64,000 bases of DNA from an uncultured delta proteobacterium (GTDB lineage: Bacteria; Myxococcota_A; Polyangia; Polyangiales; Polyangiaceae): assembly GCA_963782055.1 (NCBI GenBank), contig CAWAIF010000003.1:1024001-1088000 (forward strand), written 5' to 3'. A program made the position numbers and the translations under genes. Of this stretch, positions 33,450 through 44,389 are shown in pieces. The notes below the pieces were generated by a model. It searched no databases and was not told the origin of the DNA. It was given only the letters and a program-made list of their open reading frames with translations. Position 1 is the first letter of the stretch. Every line of letters begins with the position of its first letter.

Positions 33450-34322
33450 ATGGCGAATGAGGACGCGAAGCTGTTCGTGGCAGGGCTGCCGGACAGCATT
33501 TCGGAAGACGTGTTGAAGCAGCTCTTCGAAGCCGCCGGCGGCACCGTGCTGCAGGTGAGCATCCCGAAAGACAGGATGACGGGCAGACCGCGTGGCTTCG
33601 GCTTCGTGACGCTGTCCACCCCTGCGGAGGCGCAGACGGCGCGCGACGCGCTCGACGGCTCACTGCAGGGCGGCAAGTCCATCTCGGTGCGGCCGTTCCA
33701 GGCGGAGCCGCCGCGCCGCGACTCCGTCGGCCCCGGCGGCCCGCGCTCGAGCGGCCCCCGCCCCAGCGGCGGCCCAGGTGCGCCCAATCGCACGCTCTAC
33801 GTGGGCAACCTCCCCTACGACTGCACCCAGCAGGAGCTGGAGGAGCTCATCAACACGGCCACGGCGGGGGAGGGCCAGGTCGTCCGCATCCACATGCCGA
33901 CCGACCCTGACGGTCGCAAGCGTGGCTTCGGCTTCGTCACCATGTCCAGCACGGACACCGCCAAGTCGGCGGCCGAGTCGCTCAAGTCGTCGGACATCCG
34001 CGGACGGCGGCTCGTCGTCAACCTCGCTCACCCCAAGGGCGAGCGCCCGCCGCGCAGCGAAGGCGGCGGCTACAGCGGAGGTGGAGGTGGAGGCTACGCT
34101 GGCGGGGGCGGCGGCTACAGTGGAGGCGGCGGCGGTCATGGCGGCGGCTTCCCGTCGTCCGGCAGCGCGCCCCCCGCAGGCCGCAAGACCTTCGACAGCG
34201 ATCGCCGCAAGCGCCACGGCGGCGGCCACGGCGGTCCCGGGGAGGACGGCTCACCCCCGTCGCGCAAGCGCAAGGAGCGCGAGCCCCGCGGAGGCTGGGG
34301 CGGTGGCGGCGACGACGACTGA
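33450..34322 (+). CDS. RNA-binding protein with two RRM domains and a Gly-rich tail
   Basis: RNP2/RNP1 pairs KLFVAGL/RGFGFV and TLYVGNL/RGFGFV; GGGYSGGGG tail. Start placed at ATG 33450. Confidence 0.9.
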   Translation: MANEDAKLFVAGLPDSISEDVLKQLFEAAGGTVLQVSIPKDRMTGRPRGFGFVTLSTPAEAQTARDALDGSLQGGKSISVRPFQAEPPRRDSVGPGGPRSSGPRPSGGPGAPNRTLYVGNLPYDCTQQELEELINTATAGEGQVVRIHMPTDPDGRKRGFGFVTMSSTDTAKSAAESLKSSDIRGRRLVVNLAHPKGERPPRSEGGGYSGGGGGGYAGGGGGYSGGGGGHGGGFPSSGSAPPAGRKTFDSDRRKRHGGGHGGPGEDGSPPSRKRKEREPRGGWGGGGDDD

Positions 34323-34388
34323 CCTCTCACCCCCCCTTGACTTGGGGCGTGGGGCGCGTAGGTTGCGTCGCCCCGCTGGAGATTTGCG

Positions 34389-34550
34389 ATGCGTGACCTC
34401 ATCAAGATGACGTGCGGCAACTGCGGCCGCGCCAACTACACGACGACGAAGAACAAGCGGACCATGTCCGAGAAGTTCGAGATCAAGAAGTTCTGCCCCG
34501 TGTGCCGGAAGCACTTCCCGCACAAAGAGGGCAAGATCTCGAAGGGCTGA
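34389..34550 (+). CDS. rpmG: 50S ribosomal protein L33 (Zn-ribbon form)
   Basis: Translated by hand (absent from the ORF track): [61 protein letters not shown]. Confidence 0.95.
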   Translation: MRDLIKMTCGNCGRANYTTTKNKRTMSEKFEIKKFCPVCRKHFPHKEGKISKG

Positions 34551-34643
34551 TCTGCGACGCCTCGCCGGCGCCGCTGCCCGGGCATGGACATGCGTGCAGT
34601 CCCGCCGGGGGAGCGGGGTAGACACGCTACGTCCGTGTGATAG

Positions 34644-35762
<1,119 letters not shown>

Positions 35763-35799
35763 CCCGAGAGGGCCGCCCACCACGCTGAGGGAAGCTGTC

Positions 35800-36675
35800 G
35801 TGTCCCCGCTCAAGCGCTACCGCGACCCGATCATCGTCGCTTTCTTGCTGGCGCTGCCCTTCTTCATGCTCCGGGCGAACATGAAGAAGCCGGAGAACCT
35901 GAACGCGCTGGACCGCGTGCTGCTCCGCATCTCCGCGCCCATCGAGTACGGCGCGGCGACGATGGCGCGCGGCGTGTCGAGCGTCTGGGGCGACTACATC
36001 TACCTGGTCGACGTCAAGAAGGACAACGACCGCCTCAGCTACGACAACGCCCGCCTGCACGAGGACGTGCACCGGCTGGAGCAGGCCCAGGCGGAGAACC
36101 AGCAGCTCCGGCGACTGCTGCAGCTCCGCGAGAGCACGCCCGGCGAGACGGTCAGCGCGCTCGTCGTCGGCAAGGACTTCAACCAGTTCTTTCGCGTCAC
36201 GCGCGTCGTCCTCGACCGCGGCTCGCGCGACGTGAAGCCCTACATGCCCGTCGTCTCCCCCGACGGCGTCGTCGGTGTCGTGCTCCACGTGGTGGGCGAC
36301 GAGGTGGACGTCCAGCTCGCGGTGGACGCGGCGTTCGGCGTGGACGTCGAGGACGAGCGCACCAGCGCGCGCGGCTTCGTCCGCGGCACGGGCGACCCGT
36401 CGCGACACTGGTGCCGCGTGGAGATGGTGGACTCGCGCGACATCGTCCAGGTCGGCGACCTGCTGGTGACCAGCGGCAAGGGCAAGCGCTTCCCGCGCGG
36501 CATCCCCGTGGCCCGCGTGACGAAGGTGGTCAAGCTGGAGCGCGGGCGCGATCAGGAGGTGGAGGCCTCGCCCACCGTCGACTTCTCCCGCCTGGACTCC
36601 GTCCTCATCCTGCTCACCACCCCCGACGAGGCGGCCGGCCTCACCGCGGACGCCCAGAAGCCGAAGGGGAAGTGA
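35800..36675 (+). CDS. mreC: Rod shape-determining protein MreC
   Basis: TM segment plus coiled coil (ENQQLRRLL), LDRGSRD, GDLLVTSG...FPRGIPV; operon position. Confidence 0.93.
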   Translation: MSPLKRYRDPIIVAFLLALPFFMLRANMKKPENLNALDRVLLRISAPIEYGAATMARGVSSVWGDYIYLVDVKKDNDRLSYDNARLHEDVHRLEQAQAENQQLRRLLQLRESTPGETVSALVVGKDFNQFFRVTRVVLDRGSRDVKPYMPVVSPDGVVGVVLHVVGDEVDVQLAVDAAFGVDVEDERTSARGFVRGTGDPSRHWCRVEMVDSRDIVQVGDLLVTSGKGKRFPRGIPVARVTKVVKLERGRDQEVEASPTVDFSRLDSVLILLTTPDEAAGLTADAQKPKGK

Positions 36676-36676
36676 C

Positions 36677-37201
36677 GTGCGGCACGCGGCGCTCTTTTTG
36701 TTCGGGCTCGTGCTCATCCTGGTGCAGTCCAACCTGTTCCGGGTGCTCGATCACGTGCACGTCCCGGGCCTCACGCCCACCCTGGTGCTGCCCATCATCG
36801 TCTTCATGGGTGTGCACGAGTACCCCCTCGCCAAGGGCGCCGGTGTCGCCTTCGCCCTCGGCTACGCGACCGACCTCGTCTCCATCGCGCCGGTCGGCCT
36901 GTTCACCTTCACCTTCGTCGCGCTCTACGTGCTGACGCGCGCCGCCGGCGTCCGCCTGGCCGCGCAGACCGCGATGATGCAGATCGTCGTCGCCGTGGCC
37001 GCCGCCCTGGTCCACGCGGTGATGATCCTCGTGCTCCTCGCCATCTTCGGGCGGGACCCGTACGTGCCGCGCGCGCTCTACCCGCTGATGCTCCCCAACG
37101 TGCTGTCGACCGGTCTCCTCGCGCCGCTCGTGTTTCGCGCGTGCCGCCGCGTCCACACGGCCACCGCGCGCAGCGAGGGCGCGCAGGGAGGCCGGGCGTG
37201 A
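36677..37201 (+). CDS. mreD: Rod shape-determining protein MreD
   Basis: Small polytopic membrane protein between mreC and mrdA. Confidence 0.85.
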   Translation: MRHAALFLFGLVLILVQSNLFRVLDHVHVPGLTPTLVLPIIVFMGVHEYPLAKGAGVAFALGYATDLVSIAPVGLFTFTFVALYVLTRAAGVRLAAQTAMMQIVVAVAAALVHAVMILVLLAIFGRDPYVPRALYPLMLPNVLSTGLLAPLVFRACRRVHTATARSEGAQGGRA

Positions 37202-39372
37202 GTAACCTGCTCGTCCCGCGCGAGGGCGCCGCGGAGTTCCGCAAGCGCTACAAGTGGTTCGCCCTCGGGGTCGTGCTCGCCTTCGGCGTCATCGTCGTGC
37301 GGCTCTTCCAGCTCCAGGTGCTGCAGGGCCAGGACTACGCCGACATGGCCCACGAGAACATCGTGCGGCGCGCCTCCATCGCCACCACCCGCGGCGTCAT
37401 CCTGGACTCGCAGGGCAAGGTGCTCGCCTCCAGCCGCCCGGCCTACAACGTGATCGTCGTGCCCGGCCGCGTGCTCCCGAGCGCCGTCGCCGGCCGCCGG
37501 CCGAGCAGCGTGGCCGACGCGCCGGACACCTGGCCGAAGATCGCCGAGACGCTCCGCCTCAACCCGGACGAGCGCCAGCGCACCGAGGCGCGCTTGCGTG
37601 CCGCGTGCGTCGGGGCCTCCTGGCGGGACGCCCCCGAGGTGCGACGCCACTCCCCGTGCTGGCGCGCCATCCTCCTGCGCGAGGACGTCTCGCGCGACAT
37701 CGTCGCCGAGCTGAAGGAGCACGCCGCCGAGCTCACCGGCGAGCGCGTCGCGTCCGCCCCCGTCCGCTACTACCCGTACAAGAGCCTCGGATCGCACATG
37801 CTCGGCTACGTGCACGAGCTGGACGCGGAGACGCTCGCGAAGGTCAAGCCCAAGGGCTACGAGGACATGACCCCCGAGGAGCGGCAGAAGGTCAACCCGC
37901 TCGGCTACGAGGTGGGCGACACCCTCGGCGCGACGGGCGTCGAGCGGGCGTGGGAGAGTCGTTTGCGGGGCCAGCGCGGCTGGGAGAAGCGCGTGGTGGA
38001 CGCCCACGGCCACTACCACTCCGGCCCGGAGACCGAGCGCCTGCTGGATGACCCGAAGCGGCAGGAGCCCATCCCGGGCAACGGCCTGCGCCTAACGGTC
38101 GACATCGAGCTGGAGCAGGCGATCGAGCGCGCCATGCGCCCGCACGTCGCCGGCGCGGTCGTCGTGGTGGACGTCCGCACCGGGCGCCTGCGCGCCCTGT
38201 ACTCCAAGCCGGGCTTCGACCCGAACGACCTCTCCGGCGCCGGCGGCAAGTCGCGCGTGCGCGAGACCTACAAGAAGCTCGCGGCGGACCCCATGCAGCC
38301 GCTGCTCGACAAGACCATCAGCGGCGCCTACCAGCCCGGGTCCACCTTCAAGCCCTTCTCCGCGCTCGCCGCGCTCGAAGACAACCTGATCGATCCGGAG
38401 GACACGCAGCGCTGCGACGGCTACCTCATGTTCGGCCGCCGTATCTTCCACTGCACCCACGTCCATGGCCGCGTGAACATGCACGACGCCATCGCCGCCT
38501 CGTGCAACGTGTACTTCTTCCACCTCGCCGAGACCGTCGGCATGGATCGCATCGCCGAGGTGGCGACCGACTTCGGGCTGGGCCAGAAGACAGGCCTCGG
38601 GGACAACCCGGAGGCGTCTGGCCGCATCCCCACGCGAAGCTGGTACGCGCTGCGCTACCGCGGGCAGTTCCGCCTCGGCTTCACGCTCAACACCGCCATC
38701 GGGCAGGGCGACGCGTCGGTGACGCCCCTGCAGCTCGCCCTGGCCTACGCCGCCATCGCCAACGGCGGCACGGTCTACCTGCCGCAGCTCATCCGCGCGG
38801 TGGAGACGAGCGACGGTGACGTGGTGCAGGACTTCCCGCCGCGCGTCCGCCACAAGGTGCACATCAAGCCGGAGAACCTCGCGCGGGTCGTCTCCGCCCT
38901 CCAGGCCGTCGTCAACGACCCGAAGGGCACTGCCTACGCGGTGCGAGATCCTGCGCTGGACGTCGCGGGCAAGACAGGCACCGCGCAGACCGGTTACATT
39001 CCCGCCAAGGGGGAGGACCCCAAGCTGGCCGCCTTCTTCTCGCGCGACCACGCCTGGTTCGCCGCCTTCTCGCCCTCGAAGGCGCCGGAGATCGCCGTCG
39101 TCGTCTTCATCGAGCACGGCGGCGCCGGCCCCACGCAGGCCGCGCCGATCGCGATGCAGATCGTCCGCGACTACGAGCGCATCGCCGCCTCGCGCGGGCC
39201 GAAGCCCAAGACCCCGCCGCCGCCACCGCCGAAGCCGGCGGCCGTCGTCCCCGCGCCAACCGCCACGTCGCCGCCCCCGGCCGACGCGGGCGCGACCGCG
39301 ACCACCGCCAAGGACGCCGGCCCCGCCGGCGACCAGGCTCACGTGGCCCCCGACGCCGGAGCCTCGCCGTGA
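37198..39372 (+). CDS. mrdA: Penicillin-binding protein 2
   Basis: RLFQLQV, RGVILDSQG, active-site motifs STFK, SCN and KTGTAQ, DHAWF. GTG start overlaps the mreD stop. Confidence 0.95.
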   Translation: MSNLLVPREGAAEFRKRYKWFALGVVLAFGVIVVRLFQLQVLQGQDYADMAHENIVRRASIATTRGVILDSQGKVLASSRPAYNVIVVPGRVLPSAVAGRRPSSVADAPDTWPKIAETLRLNPDERQRTEARLRAACVGASWRDAPEVRRHSPCWRAILLREDVSRDIVAELKEHAAELTGERVASAPVRYYPYKSLGSHMLGYVHELDAETLAKVKPKGYEDMTPEERQKVNPLGYEVGDTLGATGVERAWESRLRGQRGWEKRVVDAHGHYHSGPETERLLDDPKRQEPIPGNGLRLTVDIELEQAIERAMRPHVAGAVVVVDVRTGRLRALYSKPGFDPNDLSGAGGKSRVRETYKKLAADPMQPLLDKTISGAYQPGSTFKPFSALAALEDNLIDPEDTQRCDGYLMFGRRIFHCTHVHGRVNMHDAIAASCNVYFFHLAETVGMDRIAEVATDFGLGQKTGLGDNPEASGRIPTRSWYALRYRGQFRLGFTLNTAIGQGDASVTPLQLALAYAAIANGGTVYLPQLIRAVETSDGDVVQDFPPRVRHKVHIKPENLARVVSALQAVVNDPKGTAYAVRDPALDVAGKTGTAQTGYIPAKGEDPKLAAFFSRDHAWFAAFSPSKAPEIAVVVFIEHGGAGPTQAAPIAMQIVRDYERIAASRGPKPKTPPPPPPKPAAVVPAPTATSPPPADAGATATTAKDAGPAGDQAHVAPDAGASP

Positions 39373-40517
39373 GCGCCGACGGCACCTGGTTCTCCTCCGC
39401 GCGCACCTTCGAAAGGACGCGCGACCAGTTCGACTGGGTCCTCTTCCTGGTCGCCGCGATGCTCGCCGTGGTGGGCGTCGTGAACCTGTACTCCGCGACG
39501 AGCGTCGTGCGCGCCTCGCTCTCCGATCTCTACGTCCTGCAGGTCTACTGGCTCGTCTTCGGCGGCATCTTCGCGACCATCGTCGCCGCCATCGACTACC
39601 GCCACTACGAGCGCCTGGGCTACGCGCTCTACGGGTTCGGCGTGGTGCTCCTGCTGCTCGTCTTCATCCTGGGGCGCGACATCCGCGGCAGCTCCCGCTG
39701 GATCTACATCGGCTCGTTCAGCTTGCAGCCGAGCGAGTTCATGAAGCTGTTCTTGATCATCGCGCTGGCCAAGTATCTCCACAACGATCCCAAGAGCGAG
39801 GGCCGCACCCTGCGCGACCTCGCCATCCCCGCGCTCATCGCCGCGGTGCCCGTGGTGCTCGTGCTCCGCCAGCCGGACCTCGGCACCGCGCTCATCCTGA
39901 TGCTCATCTTCGCCAGCATCTGCGCGATGATGCGCATCCGCCGCCGCACCGTCGCGTGGATCGCCGCCGGCGTCGTGGTCTCCTTCTACCTGGCGTACAA
40001 CTACGGCCTCAAGGGCTACCAGCTCGAGCGCATCACCAGCTTCCTCCACCCCGAGCAGCAGCTCCTCGGCGCCAACTGGCACGCCCACCACGCGCGCGTG
40101 GCCATCGGCAGCGGGCAGTGGCTCGGGGAGGGCTTCATGAAGGGGACGCAGAACCAGTTCCTCTTCCTGCCCGACCAGTACACCGACTTCCCCTTCCCGG
40201 TCTTCGCCGAGGACTGGGGCTTCGCCGGGTCCATGCTGCTCGTCGCCCTGTACGGCTTCCTCGTGCTCTGGGCGGTGCGGGTCGCCGCCACCGCGCGCGA
40301 TCGGTTCGGCGCGGTCATCTCCATCGGCGTCGGCGCGCTCCTCTTCTGGCACGCCTTCTTCAACCTGGGCATGGTCACCGGCCTGCTCCCGGTCGTCGGC
40401 GTCACCCTCCCGCTCTTCTCCTACGGCGGCTCCAGCGTCCTCACGGTCATGATCGGCCTGGGTCTGCTGATGAACGTGTCCATGCGGCGCTACCAGGTCG
40501 CGCCGGGCCGCTTCTGA
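39369..40517 (+). CDS. rodA: Rod shape-determining SEDS protein RodA
   Basis: GSSRWI...LQPSEFMK, QPDLGTA, TDFPF, PVVGVTLPLFSYGGSS. Confidence 0.95.
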   Translation: MSADGTWFSSARTFERTRDQFDWVLFLVAAMLAVVGVVNLYSATSVVRASLSDLYVLQVYWLVFGGIFATIVAAIDYRHYERLGYALYGFGVVLLLLVFILGRDIRGSSRWIYIGSFSLQPSEFMKLFLIIALAKYLHNDPKSEGRTLRDLAIPALIAAVPVVLVLRQPDLGTALILMLIFASICAMMRIRRRTVAWIAAGVVVSFYLAYNYGLKGYQLERITSFLHPEQQLLGANWHAHHARVAIGSGQWLGEGFMKGTQNQFLFLPDQYTDFPFPVFAEDWGFAGSMLLVALYGFLVLWAVRVAATARDRFGAVISIGVGALLFWHAFFNLGMVTGLLPVVGVTLPLFSYGGSSVLTVMIGLGLLMNVSMRRYQVAPGRF

Positions 40518-40559
40518 CCGCGCCCGCCTCGCCGCCTCACCCCCGGGGGAGATGATCCA

Positions 40560-42158
40560 TCAGCCGACGATGGGGGCGAGCACCATCGCGAGGGCGGCGA
40601 AGGTCAAGGCGATGGGGCGCGACACCGCCTCGCCCAGCGCGGAGGCGACCAGCAGCGCGAGCGCGGCGCCGGCGACCGCCTGCGCGCCCGCGCCGAACCC
40701 CACGCGAAGCAGCACGCCCGTCGCGCACACCGCCGCGACCACCACGAAGGTGGTCCGCACCCGCGCCCGGAGGCTCGGGCCGCCGCGTACCAGCGCGCCG
40801 AGCACCAGCGCCCCGAGCACCGCCACCGCGACCGCCGGGCGCGCGACGTCGATGCCGCGCACCGCCACGCCGGCGACCGCGCACCGCGTGAGCAGCGTCG
40901 CGTGGTCCGCCGCCGGCGCGTGCATCGTCATCGCCCAGCGCGCGCACGCCGCGGCGCTCACCGCGTCCAGCACCGCCAGCCCCACCGCCAGCGCCCCCAG
41001 CACCGCGCCGACCCGCGCCGCGACGCGCGCGGCCTCGTGCGTCTCTCGCCACGCGTCCGGCTGCGCCCCGGAGGCCACCTGCAGCAGCACCGCCGCGCCC
41101 TGCGCGCCGATCGCCGCCACCACCACGCCGAAGGCGGCCGCGTGCGCCTTGCCCGACCTGGCGGCGACCGCAGCGCTCGCCAGCGCCGCCAGCGCGACGC
41201 ACAGGAAGGACACCACCTCAACGAGCCGCGGCCGCGCCGACGCGCGCGCCACCGAGAAGACGCCCGCCGTCGCCGCGATGCCCGCTGCCCCGCAGAACAC
41301 CAGCACCAGCCAGAGGGATCCGGAGAGGGCCGAGGCCGCCCCCACGATGCCGAAGAGGGTGAGGATGGCGGCGACGAAGAAGGCGCGCGACATGGCCGCG
41401 CCCTCCGTCTCGCGTGGGCCCACCCGCAGCGACGCCACGCCGAACACCGCGGCCACCGCGCCGAGCGCCCGAGCCGCCACCGGGAAGAGCAAGAGCCCCA
41501 GCGCGCTCTCGTAGCCCGGACCGGCCTGCAGCGCCCCCGAGTTCTGATCGAAGAAGTACGCCGCCACGAGCATCGCCGCGCCCGTCTCCACCGCCGCCTC
41601 CGACGAAGGCCGCGCGCGCTCGTCGCCGGAGGCGACCGCCGCGACGCCCGACGCGAACCCCGCGATGAGCCAGGCCACGTGTGGAGCGAGCCGCTGCGGC
41701 GCGGCGAAGGCGCCGGAGACCGCCCAAGCCGCGAAGACGAGCACCGTCAGGCCCGCCAGCGCGCCGAGCAGGTCGGCGAGCGGACCCACGGCCGACGCGC
41801 GCACCGCCAGCTCGAGCGGGCCGCCGTCCGGCGCCCGCGCGGCGGCGGCCCGCGCTGCCCAGTCGCGCAGCGCGCGCGCGAGCGTCGTCACCAGCACGCC
41901 GGCGGCGCACGAGCCGCACGCCCACGCCCCGGCCGCGAGCGCGTCGCGGGCGAAGGGTGTGGGCCCCCGCCCCGCCGCCACGGCCAGCAGCAGCACCGGC
42001 GCGAGTGCCGCGCCCGCCAGCGCGTCGTCGCGGACGGCCCGCGCGGGCACCGGCGGCGCCTCGCCCACGACCGGCTGCTTGCGCAGCGAGGTCGCAACCC
42101 AGCCCAGCCCACCGGCGCCGAGCGCGGTGGCGATCAGCACAGGGGCGATCTCGATCAT
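40560..42158 (-). CDS. Polytopic membrane protein, probable degenerate membrane pyrophosphatase (HppA-like)
   Basis: Many hydrophobic helices with HppA-like remnants (LLLFPVAARALGAVAAVFGV, AAMSRAFFVAAILTL, WLVLVFCGAAGIA, GIDVARPAV); catalytic acidic motifs absent. Confidence 0.55.
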   Translation of the reverse strand: MIEIAPVLIATALGAGGLGWVATSLRKQPVVGEAPPVPARAVRDDALAGAALAPVLLLAVAAGRGPTPFARDALAAGAWACGSCAAGVLVTTLARALRDWAARAAAARAPDGGPLELAVRASAVGPLADLLGALAGLTVLVFAAWAVSGAFAAPQRLAPHVAWLIAGFASGVAAVASGDERARPSSEAAVETGAAMLVAAYFFDQNSGALQAGPGYESALGLLLFPVAARALGAVAAVFGVASLRVGPRETEGAAMSRAFFVAAILTLFGIVGAASALSGSLWLVLVFCGAAGIAATAGVFSVARASARPRLVEVVSFLCVALAALASAAVAARSGKAHAAAFGVVVAAIGAQGAAVLLQVASGAQPDAWRETHEAARVAARVGAVLGALAVGLAVLDAVSAAACARWAMTMHAPAADHATLLTRCAVAGVAVRGIDVARPAVAVAVLGALVLGALVRGGPSLRARVRTTFVVVAAVCATGVLLRVGFGAGAQAVAGAALALLVASALGEAVSRPIALTFAALAMVLAPIVG

Positions 42159-42210
42159 GGCGGCGGCCGGCGGGGACGCGCGGCGACACGCGCGCCGGGC
42201 GCGCGCCGTG

Positions 42211-42831
42211 TCACTTCTTGGCGCCCTGGAGCACCATCAGGTGGAACTTGTTGAACTCGTTCTGCCCGAGGGTGAAGAGCACCTCGACGAGCAGACGGTA
42301 GGGCGTGCCGGCGTCGGCGATGACGATCGCCTCGCTGCCGCTGGCGTCCTTGCCCTGCGCCTGGCGGATCTGCCGGTCGGTGTCGCGCCAGGCCTTCACC
42401 GTCTGGCCGAGCTTGGTGATGTACAGGTCGTTCGGCCCGCCCCGCTTGTACTTCGCCTCCACGCCGTGCGTGGCGTCGGCGGGCACGTCGACGACGGCCT
42501 CGTCCTCGACCAGGATCTTGCTCTTGGAGATGATGATGGGGACGCCTTCCTCGGCGGCCTCCGTCGTCAGGACGCTCTTCGGCATCTGCAGGTCCTTCGA
42601 CTGCGGGAGCGACGCCGAGGACTGGCTCATGCTCTTGAGCAAGAACACCAGGATGATGGTCATCATGTCCATCATCGCGGTGATGTTGAGGAAGTTGATC
42701 TCCGGCTCGAGGGCCCGGCGGCGGACCTCCTTGCGGAGCATGCGCTTGTAGGTGGCCATGCTCGCCGGCTTCTGGCGAGGCTGCGGAGCGAGCTGACCCG
42801 GCGGCGGTTGCTGAGGTCCGTGCGGTTGCAT
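42211..42831 (-). CDS. ExbD/TolR family protein (AglS-like)
   Basis: LNITAMMDMMTIILVFLLK TM with conserved Asp; IADAGTPYRLLVEVLFT. The start may instead be 42759. Confidence 0.88.
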   Translation of the reverse strand: MQPHGPQQPPPGQLAPQPRQKPASMATYKRMLRKEVRRRALEPEINFLNITAMMDMMTIILVFLLKSMSQSSASLPQSKDLQMPKSVLTTEAAEEGVPIIISKSKILVEDEAVVDVPADATHGVEAKYKRGGPNDLYITKLGQTVKAWRDTDRQIRQAQGKDASGSEAIVIADAGTPYRLLVEVLFTLGQNEFNKFHLMVLQGAKK

Positions 42832-42835
42832 GGGC

Positions 42836-43390
42836 TTACTTGGCGAGACCGAAGTTGACGTCGGGGAAGAGTGCCTTGCCGTCCGACGTGTCGCGGAGCG
42901 CGTCGATGGTGCTGATGACGGCCTGGTACGGGATGTTCGGGTTGGCGCTCACCGTGACCTGCGTCTCGTCGGCGAAATCCGCCGAGGAGTTCTTCAGGCT
43001 CTGGGCGCACTTGTTGAGGGCGGCGTAGTCGTACTCGTCCCCCCTCTTGGCGATGGCGAGGCCAGGGCCGACGTCATGACAGCCCGGGGCCACGTTGCCG
43101 CCCTTGGCCTTGAGGCTGAAGCCGTCGTTGACGATGAGCACCGCCAGGCCGAGCGTCGGCTTCGTCGGCGGGCGCGCCGCCGACCCACCCGCCTTGGGCG
43201 GGAAGGTGTCGATCGTCGCGGTGAAGGTCACCGTCACGGTGGCGAGCACGAACATCAGCACGTTGGTGATGATGTCGAGGAAGGGGACGATGTTGAGCTC
43301 GCCGCCCTCCTCGTCCGGGGACATCTCCGTCGGCGCGGAGAGCCTGCGGATCTTGCTCCGCTGCGCGGCGCTGAGCTTTTCCTCCGCCAT
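42836..43390 (-). CDS. ExbD/TolR family protein (AglQ-like)
   Basis: ELNIVPFLDIITNVLMFVL; IPYQAVISTIDALR. Confidence 0.88.
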   Translation of the reverse strand: MAEEKLSAAQRSKIRRLSAPTEMSPDEEGGELNIVPFLDIITNVLMFVLATVTVTFTATIDTFPPKAGGSAARPPTKPTLGLAVLIVNDGFSLKAKGGNVAPGCHDVGPGLAIAKRGDEYDYAALNKCAQSLKNSSADFADETQVTVSANPNIPYQAVISTIDALRDTSDGKALFPDVNFGLAK

Positions 43391-43519
43391 CAGCGACCCC
43401 GACTCACGGTCCGTGAATCAATCCCACCCGACGCGCGGCGGAGGGCCCGCGCGGGGAGGGACGGCGCGCGCCGCCCCTGCGACGCGTCATGAGAGGGATG
43501 TGAATTCATTCACATCCTC

Positions 43520-44215
43520 TCAGTAGCCGCCGGGGCGGGTCTGGATCGTGAGGAGGTTGAAGACGCGCTCCTGCGTGGCGTCCAGGTCGTGCTGAATGTT
43601 CTTCGAGCGCTGGTGCAGGATGAGGTGGGCGATCATGCACGTGACGGCGATGCCGAGGCCGAACGCCGTGTTGTACATGGCCTCCGCGATGCCGTTCGCC
43701 AGGATGCGCTGCTTCTCGGCCTGCGAGAGGCCCTGCGCGGCGACGGCGCCGAAGGTGTGGATCAGACCGAGCACCGTGCCGAGGAGGCCGACGAGGGTCG
43801 CGATGTTGGCCAGTGACCAGAGGGAGCCGACGCGCTTCTCGACGGCGGGCTTCAGCTCGCCGATCTTCTCGCTCATCGCCGCGTCGATCTCGTCGGGGCC
43901 CTTGTTGGCGTGCGTGAGGCCCGCCTTCACGAGCTGCAGCGTCGGGTAGTCGCCCGCGTCGCACAGCTTGATCGCGCGGTCGATGTTACCCGCGGTGACG
44001 AGCTTCTTGACCTGCGCGAAGAACTCCTTGGAGTTGACGCGGTACTTCGTGAGCTGGAAGGCCGCCCGCTCGATCACGATGGCGATGACGACGGCGCTGA
44101 CGACGAGGTTGATGGAGAGGAAGGTCGGGTTCTGCTTGAACGCCTCCATCAACCCGTTGCTATTGCCACTCGTCTCCGCTGCTGCAGGGGCCCCACTCAG
44201 GAGAGCAACGAACAT
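43520..44215 (-). CDS. MotA/TolQ/ExbB proton-channel protein
   Basis: VIIAIVIER-like TM1, ANIATLVGLLGTVLGLIHTF, GIAEAMYNTAFGL. Start placed at ATG 44215 after AAAGGAG. Confidence 0.92.
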   Translation of the reverse strand: MFVALLSGAPAAAETSGNSNGLMEAFKQNPTFLSINLVVSAVVIAIVIERAAFQLTKYRVNSKEFFAQVKKLVTAGNIDRAIKLCDAGDYPTLQLVKAGLTHANKGPDEIDAAMSEKIGELKPAVEKRVGSLWSLANIATLVGLLGTVLGLIHTFGAVAAQGLSQAEKQRILANGIAEAMYNTAFGLGIAVTCMIAHLILHQRSKNIQHDLDATQERVFNLLTIQTRPGGY

Positions 44216-44359
44216 CCCCGACGCTCCTTTCGAACTCGATTCACTCGACTGCGCACCCCGCGATTGCCGCGAGGGACAAGGTTTTCTTCTTGATGCGACA
44301 CGCGACATCGACGCCCATCGAGCGCGGTGCAGCGCGTCGCGAGGCGACCAGGTTTTGCG

Positions 44360-44389
44360 ACGATACAGCCTCGCGATCGGCGAAGTCAA
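44360..44389 (-). promoter_or_regulatory. Putative sigma70 promoter, leftward motor operon
   Basis: Minus strand TTGACT-18 nt-TATCGT. Confidence 0.55.

Noticed and set aside
40552..41514. Plus-strand Ala/Thr/Ser/Pro-rich ORF resembling a mucin-like protein
   Set aside because: It is the antisense image of the Ala/Val/Gly-rich membrane gene on the minus strand.
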